This document shows positions 52,673 to 64,000 of a stretch of 64,000 bases of DNA, one piece after another. Made by a program: the position numbers and the translations under genes. A model generated the notes under the pieces. It saw nothing but the letters and a program-made list of their open reading frames with translations, was not told where the DNA came from and made no database searches. Position 1 is the first letter of the stretch. Each line of letters starts with the position of its first letter. Source of the stretch: Ranitomeya imitator (taxonomy: Eukaryota); assembly GCF_032444005.1 (NCBI RefSeq), contig NC_091285.1:192324001-192388000 (forward strand), in the 5' to 3' direction.

Positions 52673-53634
52673 CTCGCAATGTATTGGTGTACACTGGTGA
52701 ATTGACCATGTTTTATGGTGATGAAATAGAAAAAGGATTTATTCCCCCTTAATCCTGCAGAACTGAGCACAAGAATCCATTTACCATAGTGTAGATAGTG
52801 TGAAGAATAACTTCCACCTCTGTTGTGAATTCCGCTCTTGGGCTCCCTCCGGTGGTTGTAAGTGGCACTTTTTGTGAGTTCTGCTCTTGGGCTCCCTCCG
52901 GTGGTTTTAAGTGGAATGGCTGCTCCTTGGATTTAGCAGTCTGCAGCTGCTTCCACTGATTGTCTTTCTGCTCGGCTATTTATGCCTGGCTCTTCCCTTC
53001 AGCCAGTGCCACTTCTCAATGGTTCCTGGTTGGATTTTCATCTCTCTTGGATTTCCCTGATCTCCTGACCAGTTCAGCAAAGATAAGTCCTTTCTTTGCT
53101 CTTTTCTGTCCACACGTTGTGGACTTATTCGTTCTGTGCATTCTATGTTTTGTCCAGCTTGTCAGTATGGATTAATTCAGTTAAGCTGGAAGCTCTGGGA
53201 AGCAGATTTACCCTCCACACCTTTAGTCAGGTGTGGAGATTTTTGTAAACTCGGTGTGGATTTTTTGTAGTTTTTAATACTGACCGCACAGTATTCCGTC
53301 CTGTCCTATCTATCTAGCTAGACTGACCTCCTGTGCTACATTCTGGTTTCATTCTACGTATGTCTTTTCCCTCTCCACTCAGTCATTACTTGTGGGGGGC
53401 TATCTATCCTTTGGGGATTTTCTCTGAGGCAAGATAGTTTTCCTGTTTCTATCTTTAGGGGTAGTTAGTTCTCAGGCTGTGACGAGGTGCCTAGGGAGTG
53501 ACAGGAGCATCCCACGGCTACTTCTAGTGTTGTGTTGCGCTTAGGGACTGCGGTCAGTACAGGTACCACCTCCTTCAGAGCTCGTCCCATGTTGCTCCTA
53601 AACCACCAGATCATAACAGTACAAGTGGCCTTCT

Positions 53635-54909
53635 TTGTCGCGGGATGTGCGTGCTTTTGTGCAGTCCTGTGGGGCTTGCGCCCGGGCCAAGCCTAGCTGT
53701 TCCCGCGCTAGTGGGTTGCTTTTGCCTTTGCTGGCCCCTGAGAGGCCCTGGACTCACATTTCCATGGATTTTATTTCGGATCTTCCTGTTTCCCAGAAGA
53801 TGTCTGTTATCTGGGTTGTTTGTGACCGGTTCTCTAAAATGGTCCATCTGGTACCTTTGCCTAAGTTACCTTCCTCCTCAGATTTGGTTCCATTGTTTTT
53901 TCAGCATGTGGTTTGTTTGCATGGCATTCCGGAGAATATTGTGTCTGACAGAGGTTCTCCGTTTGTCTCTAGGTTTTGGCGGGCCTTTTGTGCTAGGATG
54001 GGCATTGATTTGTCTTTTTCTTCGGCGTTTCATCCTCAGACTAATGGCCAAACTGAGCGAACTAATCAGACCTTGGAAACCTATTTGAGATGCTTTGTGT
54101 CTGCTGATCAGGATGATTGGGTGGCTTTCCTGCCGTTGGCCGAGTTTGCCCTTAATAATAGGGCTAGTTCGGCTACTTTGGTTTCACCTTTCTTTTGTAA
54201 TTTTGGTTTTCAGCCTCGTTTTTCTTCGGGGCAGGTTGAGCCTTCTGATTGTCCTGGTGTGGATTCTGTGGTGGACAGGCTGCAGCAGATTTGGACTCAT
54301 GTGGTGGACAATTTGACGTTGTCTCAGGAAAAGGCTCAACGTTTTGCTAACCGCCGTCGGTGTGTTGGTCCCCGGCTTCGTGTGGGGGATTTGGTTTGGT
54401 TGTCTTCTCGTCATGTTCCTATGAAGGTTTCTTCCCCTAAGTTTAAGCCTCGGTTTATTGGTCCTTATAAGATTTCTGATATTATCAATCCGCTGTCTTT
54501 TCGTTTGGCTCTTCCAGCCTCTTTTGCCATTCATAATGTTTTCCATAGATCTTTGTTGCGGAGATATGTGGTGCCCGTTGTTCCCTCGGTTGATCCTCCG
54601 GCCCCGGTGTTGGTTGAGGGAGAGTTGGAATATGAGGTTGAGAAATTTTTGGATTCTCGTTTTTCGAGGCGGAGGCTTCAGTATCTTGTCAAGTGGAAGG
54701 GTTATGGCCAGGAGGATAATTCTTGGGTTGTTGCCTCCGATGTCCATGCCGCCGATTTGGTTCGTGCTTTTCACTTGGCTCGTCCTGATCAGCCTGGGAG
54801 TTCTGGTGAGGGTTCGGTGACCCCTCCTCAAGGGGAGGGTACTGTTGTGAATTCCGCTCTTGGGCTCCCTCCGGTGGTTTTAAGTGGAATGGCTGCTCCT
54901 TGGATTTAG
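53635..54909 (+). CDS. Gypsy integrase core, GPY/F motif and chromodomain (remnant of pol)
   Basis: CGAC (half of HHCC), SMDF, VSDRG, GQTER, RFIGPYKI and YEVEKFLDSR...YLVKWKGY...NSW. The ORF has no ATG start. Confidence 0.9.
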   Translation: MSRDVRAFVQSCGACARAKPSCSRASGLLLPLLAPERPWTHISMDFISDLPVSQKMSVIWVVCDRFSKMVHLVPLPKLPSSSDLVPLFFQHVVCLHGIPENIVSDRGSPFVSRFWRAFCARMGIDLSFSSAFHPQTNGQTERTNQTLETYLRCFVSADQDDWVAFLPLAEFALNNRASSATLVSPFFCNFGFQPRFSSGQVEPSDCPGVDSVVDRLQQIWTHVVDNLTLSQEKAQRFANRRRCVGPRLRVGDLVWLSSRHVPMKVSSPKFKPRFIGPYKISDIINPLSFRLALPASFAIHNVFHRSLLRRYVVPVVPSVDPPAPVLVEGELEYEVEKFLDSRFSRRRLQYLVKWKGYGQEDNSWVVASDVHAADLVRAFHLARPDQPGSSGEGSVTPPQGEGTVVNSALGLPPVVLSGMAAPWI

Positions 54910-55989
54910 CAGTCTGCAGCTGCTTCCACTGATTGTCTTTCTGCTCGGCTATTTATGCCTGGCTCTTCCCTTCAGCCAGTGCCACTAGAGTTGAGCGACC
55001 TTGACCTTTTTAGAGTCGAGCCGTGTTTCGCGAAACCTGACTATCTCAAAAGTCGAGTCGAGTGGAATCGGCCGATTATCGCGAAAAGTCGGGGATCGAC
55101 CGAAACACGAAACCCAATGCAAGTCAATGGGGGAGCATAGTCGGCAGTGAGTAGAGGCCAGGAAAACATGTACAGAGCCCATTGTATTGGCAAAAACATC
55201 CATTCTTGCTACTGAAGCTTGTCAATCGTAATTTAGCTTATAATTGGAAGGCATTTGAAATTGGGGGTCATTTGGCTAAAGTTGTGGGGGGTAGGGCTGG
55301 TTCAAGTAATTAGTGTGCCCAGTAAATCTGGACCACGTCACGGCAGTGGAGCAGGGAGAGGTAAGTATTTCAACTTTGCAAGTGCTGTGATCCTGAGCAA
55401 GCAGGGGGGGCCCACTCGTTGGCATTGGCACTGGCACAGGGCCCCTCAAAGTACAGCGGTGTGTTTGCACGGCGGGGGCGCCTCCCAACGGCAGCAACAC
55501 TTTTGCGTACTATGAGGGGCCCTGTGCCAGTGACGTCGCCAACGAGTATTCCTCCCCTTACCTGATGAAGGAACCTGCACCTTCATCTGCACCTTCCTCT
55601 TTGTCCCCGTGTAAGGTGGTATGGTATGCGGAAAGGGGGACCTGACTTTCAGCAGGGTCACAATCTTGCAGTGTAGCGTGCACAGGGAATGTTGCATTAT
55701 GGGTCAATGTACCAGCAGACTCATCTATCACTGGCTGGGCAATGGGCAGGATGAGGGGGAAACAGATATGGGCCCAAAGAATAAAGTGGGCTAAATGCAG
55801 TTCAAAATTGGTAACAGGACTAACAAGGGGGCATTGTTTTGTTCAGTGGAGGACAACTGGAATGAGAGGCTGACACAGAGAGTAGGCCCAAATCAGTAAG
55901 TATTCTAAATGCAGTTCAAAATTGGCAACAGTAGTAAACCGGCGGCACAGCTTTGTTCACTGGAGGAGAATAGCAAGGAGCGGCAGACA

Positions 55990-57530
55990 CAGATAGAAGG
56001 CCCCAACCCAACTAGTAGGCCTAATGCAGTGTTGTTTTCAACAACTACTAAACAAGAGCTTTAAGATTGAAGCAATGGAGAGGAAACCTGGAGAACACCT
56101 TGGAGTGGAACACACCGTCTCTACACCCCATACCCAATTTGTAGGCCTAATGCAGTGTAGTTTTCAACAACTACTAAACGAGAGTCGGAAGACCCAAGCA
56201 ATGGAGAGGAAACCTGGGCACACCTTGGAGCGGCAGACACCGTTAGTAGGCCCCACCAAAGTAGTAGCCCCAATGCAGTTTTCAAATTCCTAGAGGCTGA
56301 AAACAAGACTATTGACGCTCTGCTTTTTTCAAAGGAGGACAGCTGTATTGAGTGGCGCAGACAGACACAGGTAGTAGGCCTTAAACCAAAAATGTGGCTC
56401 ACTGCAGTTTAAAAAAGGTTACAGGGGTACACAGGCAGCATTGCTCTGGTCAGTGGAGGAAAATTTCAATAGTGGACCGCAGACAGACTTTGTACGCCTA
56501 CTATTAAAAAAAGGATGCTCTATGCAATTAAAAATAGGTTCCAGGGGTCCACGGGCAGCAGTGGTCTGGTCAGTGGACGAGTATTGGAAGGAGGGACCGC
56601 AGACAGGCGTAGTAGGCCTAACATAACAAAATTAGGCTGTAGGCACTTTAAAATTGGTTCCAGGGGTACACGGGCAGCAGTGGTGTGGTCAGCGGAGGAC
56701 AATTTGAATTAGGGACTGCAGACAGACTTTGTAGGCTGTCCCCTGTGTACCATGCATCCAACACATTAACCCAGTGCACCGTAATGGACACCTAACTTTT
56801 TGTGGACATGCCTACTGGTCCATGCGTCTCTTGTCAGGTGCACCTTTCTACTGTTTGATTGCCTGAGTGCTATGACAATGCAGACTTTTTCATGCCGGTG
56901 GAGGGCTGGGATGGCTTTTCTCACAAAAGAAATGTCGACTGGGTAGCTTGAACCGTGGTACAGCGTAGTTCATCTGGGCTTTCTAAATATAAAACAAAGA
57001 AAAAAAGGAGGCTCCATGCACTTTCAGCTGGGTTCCAGGGGTACACGGCCAGCATTGGTCTGGTCAGTGGAGAACTATTGGAAGGAGGGACCGCAGACAG
57101 GCGTCGAAGGCCTAACATAATAAAATTGGGCTGTAGGCACTTTAACATTGGTTCCAGGGGTACACGGGCAGCAGTAGACAGGTCAGTGGAGGCCTAGTGG
57201 AAGGAGGGAGCGCAGACAGGCTTCGAAGGCCTAACATAATAAAATTGGGCCTTAGGCACTTTAAAATTGGTTCCAGGGGAACACGGGCAGCAGTAGACAG
57301 GTCAGTGGAGGACTAGTGGAAGGAGGGACCGCAGACAGGCTTCGAAGGCCTAACATAATGAAATTGGGCTGTAGGTACTTTAAAATTGGTTCCAGGGGAA
57401 CATGGGCAGCAGTAGACAGGTCAGTGGAGGCCTAGTGGAAGGAGGGACCGCAGACATGCTTCGAAGGCCTAACATAATAAATTTGGGCTGTAGGCACTCT
57501 GAATTCTCTTGCAGGGGTACACAGGCAGTG
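55990..57530. repeat. ~120-bp tandem repeats inside the hAT
   Basis: GGAAGGAGGGACCGCAGACAGGC...GGCCTAACATAATAAAATTGGGCTGTAGGCACTTTAAAATTGGTTCCAGGGG repeated. Confidence 0.85.
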
Positions 57531-58223
57531 GGCACCATTGGTGTTGTCAGCGGCGGCCGATTGTAATGAGTATCTGCCAGTTAGTAGTCCCAAAAAATAA
57601 ATACATGTTAATGTCTCGCATTACAACAAAAACCAAAAGGGTGCAATCATTAGGTACAGGGGTGGGCTCCTCTGCGTAGTTTCAGACCTAGTAATTTGGC
57701 ACAAAGTATTTACTTGGGTAAATATAGGACACTGCCCCTGACTATGTTAAGTACCATCATACATGTCAACACAATGGTATTGTCAGTGGCAGGAATTTAC
57801 GGATGTTAGCGCATAGACTAAACATAGGTGGAACTGTGAGAGATAATTGTGCAAGTGGTAGAGCAATGTTTGAGCTGGGGGTGGGGGAACTCTCTTTTGG
57901 CCGGCGGTACAGGCCCAGGGCCCCTCATGTTACAACAGTGTGTCTGACGTTGGGTGCGCACCACCACCGCCAGAGACACTTTATTGTACTATGAGGGACC
58001 CAGTGGCAGTGCCGTAGACCAAAAGCGGGCACACCCACCTCTTCAGACAAACAGCACTCTCACGGGTGCTTGCGCCAAGTGGCGATACCACGGCCCCGTG
58101 TGGGGAGTTTGGCCATTTAGGGAGGTGTAAACATGTCGTATGCTGGACAATCAGCTGCTGCAAATTACGAGATTGGTAAAGTCATTCAGAGTAGTCCACA
58201 GGCAATACCTTTTCATAGGAAAG

Positions 58224-60311
58224 CTAGGTGTCGGCCGGGCAAGGTGGGGCAAAAGAATTCGAAATCCAGTTGTGGTTCATTTTAATAAAGGTTAGATCAT
58301 CAACATTTTGGGTAGCCAGACGAGTCCTTTTTTCGGTTAATATTGAACCTGCAGCACTGAATACTCTTTCGGATAGGACACTAGCTGCCGGGCAAGCAAG
58401 CTCCTGCAATGCATATTCTGCCAATTCTGGCCAGGTGTCTAATTTGGATGCCCAGTTATCAAATGGGAATGATGGTTGAGGTAGAACATCGATAAGGGAT
58501 GAAAAATAGTTAGTAACCATACTGGACAAATGTTGTCTCCTGTCACTTTGAATTGATGCAGCAGTACCTGTCCTGTCTGCGGTCATAGCAAAATCACTCC
58601 ACAACCTGGTCAGAAAACCCCTCTGTCCAACGCCACTTCGGATTTCTGCACCTCTAACACTTCTGGTCTGCTGCCCCCTGCTGCTCGTGTGAGAACGATC
58701 ACGGGCGCTGTGTGCTGGGAATGCCTGAAGCAAACGGTCAACAAGAGTTGATTGTTTGGTTGCTAATATTAGTTCCAAGTTGTCATGTGGCATAATATTT
58801 TGCAATTTGCCTTTATAGCGAGGATCAAGGAGGCAGGTCAACCAGTAATCGTCATCGTTCATCATTTTCGTAATGCGTGTGTCCCTTTTGAGGATACGTA
58901 AGGCATAATCCGCCATGTGTGCCAAAGTTCCAGTTGTCAAATCTGCGGTTGTGCTTGGTTGAGGGGCAGTTTCAGGCAAATCTACATCACTTGTGTCCCT
59001 CAGAAACCCAGAACCCGGCCTTGCCACGCCACCAATTTCCAGTGGCCCCGGAGAAGCTTCCTCATTAAAAAAATACTCATCCCCATCATCCTCCTCATCC
59101 TCCTCCTCCTGTTCGCCCGCTACCTCGTCCTGTACACTGCCCTGACCAGACAATGGCTGACTGTCATCAAGGCTTTCCTCTTCCTCGGCTGCAGACGCCT
59201 GATCCTTTATGTGCGTCAAACTTTGCATCAGCAGACGCATTAGGGGGATGCTCATGCTTATTATGGTGTTGTCTGCACTAACCAGCCGTGTGCATTCCTC
59301 AAAACACTGAAGGACTTGACACATGTCTTGTATCTTCGACCACTGCACACCTGACAACTCCATGTCTGCCATCCTACTTCCTGCCCGTGTATGTGTATCC
59401 TCCCACAAAAACATAACAGCCAGCCTCTGTTCGCACAGTCTCTGAAGCATGTGCAGTGTTGAGTTCCACCTTGTTGCAACGTCTATGATTAGGCGATGCT
59501 GGGGAAGGTTCAAAGACCGCTGATAGGTCTGCATACGGCTGGAGTGTACGGGCGAACGGCGGATATGTGAGCAAAGTCCGCGCACTTTGAGGAGCAGGTC
59601 GGATAACCCCGGATAACTTTTCAGGAAGCACTGCACCACCTGGTTTAAGGTGTGAGCCAGGCAAGGAATGTGTTTCAGTTGGGAAAGGGAGATGGCAGCC
59701 ATGAAATTCCTTCCGTTATCACTCACTACCTTGCCTGCCTCAAGATCTACTGTGCCCAGCCACGACTGCGTTTCTCTCTGCAAGAACTCGGACAGAACTT
59801 CCGCGGTGTGTCTGTTGTCGCCCAAACACTTCATAGCCAATACAGCCTGCTGACGCTTGCCAGTAGCTGCCCCATAATGGGACAACTGGTGTGCAACAGT
59901 GCCAGCTGCGGATGGAGTGGTTTGGCGACTGCGGTCTGTGGACGAGCTCTCGCTTCTGCAGAAGGACGAAGAGGAGGAGGAGGGGGTGCGAACACCTACA
60001 GCCAACTGTTTCCTAGACCGTGGGCTAGGCAGAACTGTCCCGAAATTGATGTCCCCTGTGGACCCTGCATCCACCACATTCACCCAGTGTGCCATGATGG
60101 ACACGTAACGTCCCTGGCCATGCCTACTGGTCCATGCATCTGTTGTCAGGTGCACCTTTGTACTCACAGATTGCCTGAGTGCATGGACGATGCGCTCTTT
60201 AACATGCTGGTGGAGCAAATCTCCCACTGATTTTTTTTTTAATGTTTTCAGGGAGACTTTAGAAACCAAATTAAAAAAAATGATTTTTTTCAGGGAGAAT
60301 TTAGAAACCAA
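58224..60311 (-). CDS. hAT transposase core and C-terminal dimerisation domain, lacking the N-terminal BED finger
   Basis: LTTDAWTS, VSDNG, CLAH, TRWNST, SVLSERVFS and RTRL..NVDDLTFIKMN. The first ~30 aa are read-through of repeat DNA. Confidence 0.88.
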   Translation of the reverse strand: MVSKFSLKKIIFFNLVSKVSLKTLKKKSVGDLLHQHVKERIVHALRQSVSTKVHLTTDAWTSRHGQGRYVSIMAHWVNVVDAGSTGDINFGTVLPSPRSRKQLAVGVRTPSSSSSSFCRSESSSTDRSRQTTPSAAGTVAHQLSHYGAATGKRQQAVLAMKCLGDNRHTAEVLSEFLQRETQSWLGTVDLEAGKVVSDNGRNFMAAISLSQLKHIPCLAHTLNQVVQCFLKSYPGLSDLLLKVRGLCSHIRRSPVHSSRMQTYQRSLNLPQHRLIIDVATRWNSTLHMLQRLCEQRLAVMFLWEDTHTRAGSRMADMELSGVQWSKIQDMCQVLQCFEECTRLVSADNTIISMSIPLMRLLMQSLTHIKDQASAAEEEESLDDSQPLSGQGSVQDEVAGEQEEEDEEDDGDEYFFNEEASPGPLEIGGVARPGSGFLRDTSDVDLPETAPQPSTTADLTTGTLAHMADYALRILKRDTRITKMMNDDDYWLTCLLDPRYKGKLQNIMPHDNLELILATKQSTLVDRLLQAFPAHSARDRSHTSSRGQQTRSVRGAEIRSGVGQRGFLTRLWSDFAMTADRTGTAASIQSDRRQHLSSMVTNYFSSLIDVLPQPSFPFDNWASKLDTWPELAEYALQELACPAASVLSERVFSAAGSILTEKRTRLATQNVDDLTFIKMNHNWISNSFAPPCPADT

Positions 60312-60920
60312 ATTTAAAAAAAAATGATTTTTTTCAGGGAGAATTTAGAAACCAAATAAAAAAAAAAAAGGCTTTCTATGGCCCACTATTTGAGAGAGAG
60401 AGAGATGGCACACCCAGGAGTCAAAACTGGAACACAAGCAGAAAGGGCAATATTAATCTCCCACTGATTTTTTTTTAAAATTTTTTTCAGGGAGAATTTA
60501 GAAACCAAATAAAAAAAAAAAATAGGCTTTCTATGGCCCACTATTTTAGAGAGAGAGATGGCACACCCAGGAGTCAAGACTGGCACACAAGCAGAAAGGG
60601 CAATATTAATCTCCCACTGATTTTTTTTTATTTTTTCAGGGAGAATTTAGAAACCAAAAAAAAAAAAAAAATGAATAGGCTTTCTATGGCCCACTATTTG
60701 AGAGAGAGATGGCACACTCAGGACTGGCACACAAGCCCAAAGGCCAATATTAATCTCCCACTGGTTTTTTTTTTCAGGGAGAATTTATAAACCCCACAAA
60801 AAAAAACAGAAAAATAAAAAGGCTTTCTATGGCCCACTATGTGATAGAGATGGCACACACAGGGATGGCACTCTAGCAGAAATGCCAATCTTAATCTCCC
60901 ACAATTTATTTTTTTAGGGA
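60220..60920. repeat. ~110-120-bp tandem repeats inside the hAT
   Basis: CAGGGAGAATTTAGAAACCAAA...GGCTTTCTATGGCCCACTATT..GAGAGAGATGGCACAC repeated. Confidence 0.85.
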
Positions 60921-61349
60921 GAAAAAATAAATTAAAAAAACAAACAGGGACTGTCCTACAATTACTATCTCCCTGCAGTAATCTCAGCCAGGTATGGCAG
61001 GCAGCAATAAGGAGTGGACTGATGCACAAATTAAATAAAAAGTGTGGACAAACAAACAAGATAGCTGTGCAGAAAGGAAGGAACAACAGGATTTGTGCTT
61101 TGAAAAAAGCAGTTGGTTTGCACAGCGGCGTACACACAGCAATGCAGCTATCAGGGAGCCTTCTAGGGCAGCCCAATGAGCTACAGCGCTGAGAAAAAAA
61201 AATGTAGCTTCCACTGTCCCTGCAAACAAAAGGTGGTGTTGGACAGTGGAAATCGCTACAGCACAAGCGGTTTGGTGGTTAATGGACCCTGCCTAACGCT
61301 ATCCCTGCTTCTGACGAAGCGGCAGCAACCTCTCCCTAGGCTCAGATCA

Positions 61350-61420
61350 GCAGCAGTAAGATGGCGGTCGGCGGGAACGCCTCTTTATAGCCCATGTGAC
61401 GCCGCAGACAGCAAGCCAAT
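61350..61420 (-). promoter_or_regulatory. Candidate hAT transposase promoter
   Basis: Minus strand ATTGG, CTATAAAG (61383-61390), then YY1-like CCGCCATCTT (61358-61367), ~280 bp inside the TIR. Confidence 0.5.
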
Positions 61421-62293
61421 CACTGCAATGCCCTTCTCTAAGATGGTGGGGACCAGGACCTATGTCATCACGCTGCCCACACTCTGCGTTCACCTTCATT
61501 GGCTGAGAAATGGCGCTTTTAGCGTCATTGAAACGCGACTTTGGCGCGAAAGTCGCGTACCGCATGGCCGACCCCACACAGGGGTCGGGTCGGGTTTCAT
61601 GAAACCCGACTTTGGGAAAAGTCGGCGACTTTTAAAAATGAACGATCTGTTTCGCTCAACCCTAAGTGCCACTTCTCAATGGTTCCTGGTTGGATTTTCA
61701 TCTCTCTTGGATTTCCCTGATCTCCTGACCAGTTCAGCAAAGATAAGTCCTTTCTTTGCTCTTTTCTGTCCACACGTTGTGGACTTATTCGTTCTGTGCA
61801 TTCTATGTTTTGTCCAGCTTGTCAGTATGGATTAATTCAGTTAAGCTGGAAGCCCTGTGAAGCAGATTTACCCTCCACACCTTTAGTCAGGTGTGGAGAT
61901 TTTTGTGAACTCTGTGTGGATTTTTTGTAGTTTTTAATACTGACCGCACAGTATTCCGTCCTGTCCTATCTATCTAGCTAGACTGGCCTCTTGTGCTACA
62001 TCCTGGTTTCATTCTACGTATGTCTTTTCCCTCTCTACTCACAATCATTACTTGTGGGGGGCTATCTATCCTTTGGGGATTTTCTCTGAGGCAAGATAGT
62101 TTTCCTGTTTCTATCTTTAGGGGTAGCATCCCACGCTACTTCTAGTGTTGTGTTGAGCTTAGGGACTGCGGTCAGTACAGGTACCACCTCCTTCAGAGCT
62201 CGTCCCATGTTGCTCCTAAACCACCAGATCATAACACACCTCCTCCTAGTTGGTAATTCCAAGAGAAGACAATCTTACCACATTTTGAGCTTA

Positions 62294-63268
62294 GGGTGGT
62301 TTCACACTTGCGTTTTTGTCTGCAGCGTTTTTTTTTTAAAAAATGCATGCGTTTTTTTCCCCCTATATTTAACATTGAAAACACATGCTTTTTTTGTGTA
62401 CGCGTTTTGGTCGCGTTTTGTGACGCATGCGTTTTTTTACTGCATGCGTTCATTTTCTGAAATGCTACTTGTAGTATTTTTAGAAGCATTTTTTGGACCA
62501 AAAAAAACGCATGCGTTTTCATGCTTTTTTTGGGGTCAAAAAATACATTGGAGTGAATGGGGACGCATGCGTTTTTTGGTGCATGCGTTTTCTGCGGTAA
62601 AAAACGCATGCGTTTTTTTATTAAAAAACCAGAAAACACACTGATATGCCACCCCCCAACATAAAGGTGATAAAGGGAACCTAACCCTACCCCTAACCCT
62701 ACCCCTAACCCTAAGGGATCCTAACCCTAACCCTACCCCTAACCCTAACCCTAAGGGATCCTAACCCTAACCCTAATCCCTTTATGGTTAGGGTTAGGGG
62801 TAGGGTTAGTGTTAGGGTTAGGGTTAGGATCCCTTAGGGTTAGGGGTAGGGTTAGGGGTAGGGTTAGGATCCCTTAGGGGTAGGGTTAGGGGTAGGATTA
62901 GGGTTAGGATCCCATAGGGTTAGGGGTAGGGTTAGGGGTAGGATCCCTTTAGGGTTAGGGTTATGATCCCTACCCCTAACCCTACCCCTACCCCTAACCC
63001 TAACTATTTCTGTTTATAGTGGGTTTTTTACTTTATTTTGATGATTGGCAGCTGTCACACATTTCTCAGCATGCGTTTAAAAAACGCAAACGCATGTAAA
63101 AACGCATGTAAACGCGTCAAAACGCCGCGTTTTTTTCACCACATGCAAAAACGCATGCGTCAAAAAACGCAGCGTTTACACGCGTTTACATGCGTTTTTT
63201 CACCATGCATTTTTTTGCGTTTTTTACCGCAAAAACGCACCCCAAAAAACGCCAATGTGAAACCAGCC
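62294..63268. mobile_element. Harbinger MITE carrying telomere-like repeats
   Basis: TTA|GGGTGGTTTCACA ... TGTGAAACCAGCC|TTA; CCCTAA/TTAGGG variant arrays at 62680-63003. Confidence 0.88.
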
Positions 63269-63628
63269 TTACTCAGGTAAAATAAAAGTAAAGCCTGTAT
63301 CCCTGTAATACTGAGGGACATCAACTGCTTTCTAAATTACATGTGTTTGAAAAATAAAGTGTTATTTCATCTTCTATCCCTTTTGTTCACAAGTTATAGG
63401 TTCTCCCCTAATTTAGGGGTTTTTAGGTTGAGTTCAAATGCATTGGTGCTTTAAACTACAGCAGCTTTGTGCTACTGCAGACTTTGCACTGTTTCACTGC
63501 ACAATCTTGCAGGAAAGCAGCTGTTTCACCTGCAAAACCTCATGGCCATAAGTCAGTGTAGTTTTGTGCAGATTGTTCAGGGAAACAGTGGAAAGATTGT
63601 TGTCGCACAGGACTGCTGTGGTTAAAAG

Positions 63629-63957
63629 TAGAGTTGAGCGAATTTGTTGGGTTCCCTCTTATTCGGCAAGCTATAGCGCTTGCTCAATAAGCTGCAGAGG
63701 GAACACGGCTTCCTGGATCACACCACCTGATCAGTTGATCGGCGCCGCAGCTGCATGTGTCGCGGCTGTGTCACAGTCTCCGCACATGCATGGAGAGCCC
63801 AACACACAGGCTTTCCATGCATGTGCTCTGACTGTAACATAGCCCAGACACATGCAGGCTGGTGCGATCCAGGAAGCCAAGTTCCCTCTGCAAGATATTC
63901 AGCAAGCGCTATAGCTTGCCGAATAAGAGGGAACCCAAACAAATTCGCTTAACTCTA
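63629..63957. mobile_element. Palindromic hAT MITE
   Basis: TAGAGTTGAGCGAATTTG ... CAAATTCGCTTAACTCTA with perfect 8-bp TSD GTTAAAAG. Confidence 0.92.
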
Positions 63958-64000
63958 GTTAAAAGCTGCATGATCACTACCGGTGAACGCAGCCATAAAG

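Larger units (their letters stand above)
54986..61664 (-). mobile_element. 6.7-kb hAT transposon inserted in the 3' LTR
   Basis: TIRs TAGAGTTGAGCG / CGCTCAACCCTA; perfect 8-bp TSD AGTGCCAC, single-copy in the 5' LTR. Confidence 0.96.
52821..62236 (+). mobile_element. Internally deleted chromodomain Gypsy/Ty3 LTR retrotransposon
   Basis: 5' LTR 52821-53618; 3' LTR 54843-54985 plus 61665-62236; TG...CA ends; PPT AAGGGGAGGG at 54830-54839; flanking direct repeat CACCTC. Confidence 0.93.

Noticed and set aside
55990-57530. Regular repeat array resembling CRISPR (also 17000-17370 and 60220-60920)
   Set aside because: Units are contiguous tandem copies without unique spacers; eukaryotic context with no cas genes.
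61176-61835. 219-aa ORF spanning the hAT end and the LTR
   Set aside because: Chimeric read-through across an insertion junction; no recognisable domain.
62940-63003. TTAGGG-to-CCCTAA junction as a chromosome end-to-end fusion scar
   Set aside because: It lies inside a TIR/TSD-bounded MITE and the opposite junction is present too.

Overview
Vertebrate genomic DNA, almost certainly from an anuran (frog); this is inferred from the repeat repertoire and the synuclein sequence. The only host gene I can support is the 3' end of beta-synuclein (sncb, + strand): a 90-nt coding exon at 21974-22063 and the terminal exon starting at 42436, separated by a 20.4-kb intron. The preceding exon was not found in the 22 kb upstream. 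Most of the rest is transposon-derived. It includes four non-autonomous Helitrons, many PIF/Harbinger and hAT MITEs, two Tc1 elements with open transposase ORFs plus decayed copies, two large hAT elements, L2 LINE fragments, a solo LTR, and an internally deleted chromodomain-Gypsy element with a hAT inside its 3' LTR. The most interesting signal is non-coding. Two different insertions each carry a minimal type I hammerhead ribozyme fold, a long target-site duplication and an inverted terminal segment. One is a 312-bp tandem retrozyme/satellite-2-like unit at 1319-1979, with a relative at about 21158-21426. The other is a Penelope-like pseudo-LTR at 48881-52477. Coordinates were counted by hand; element ends marked approximate may be off by several bases. 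No database searches or folding computations were run.
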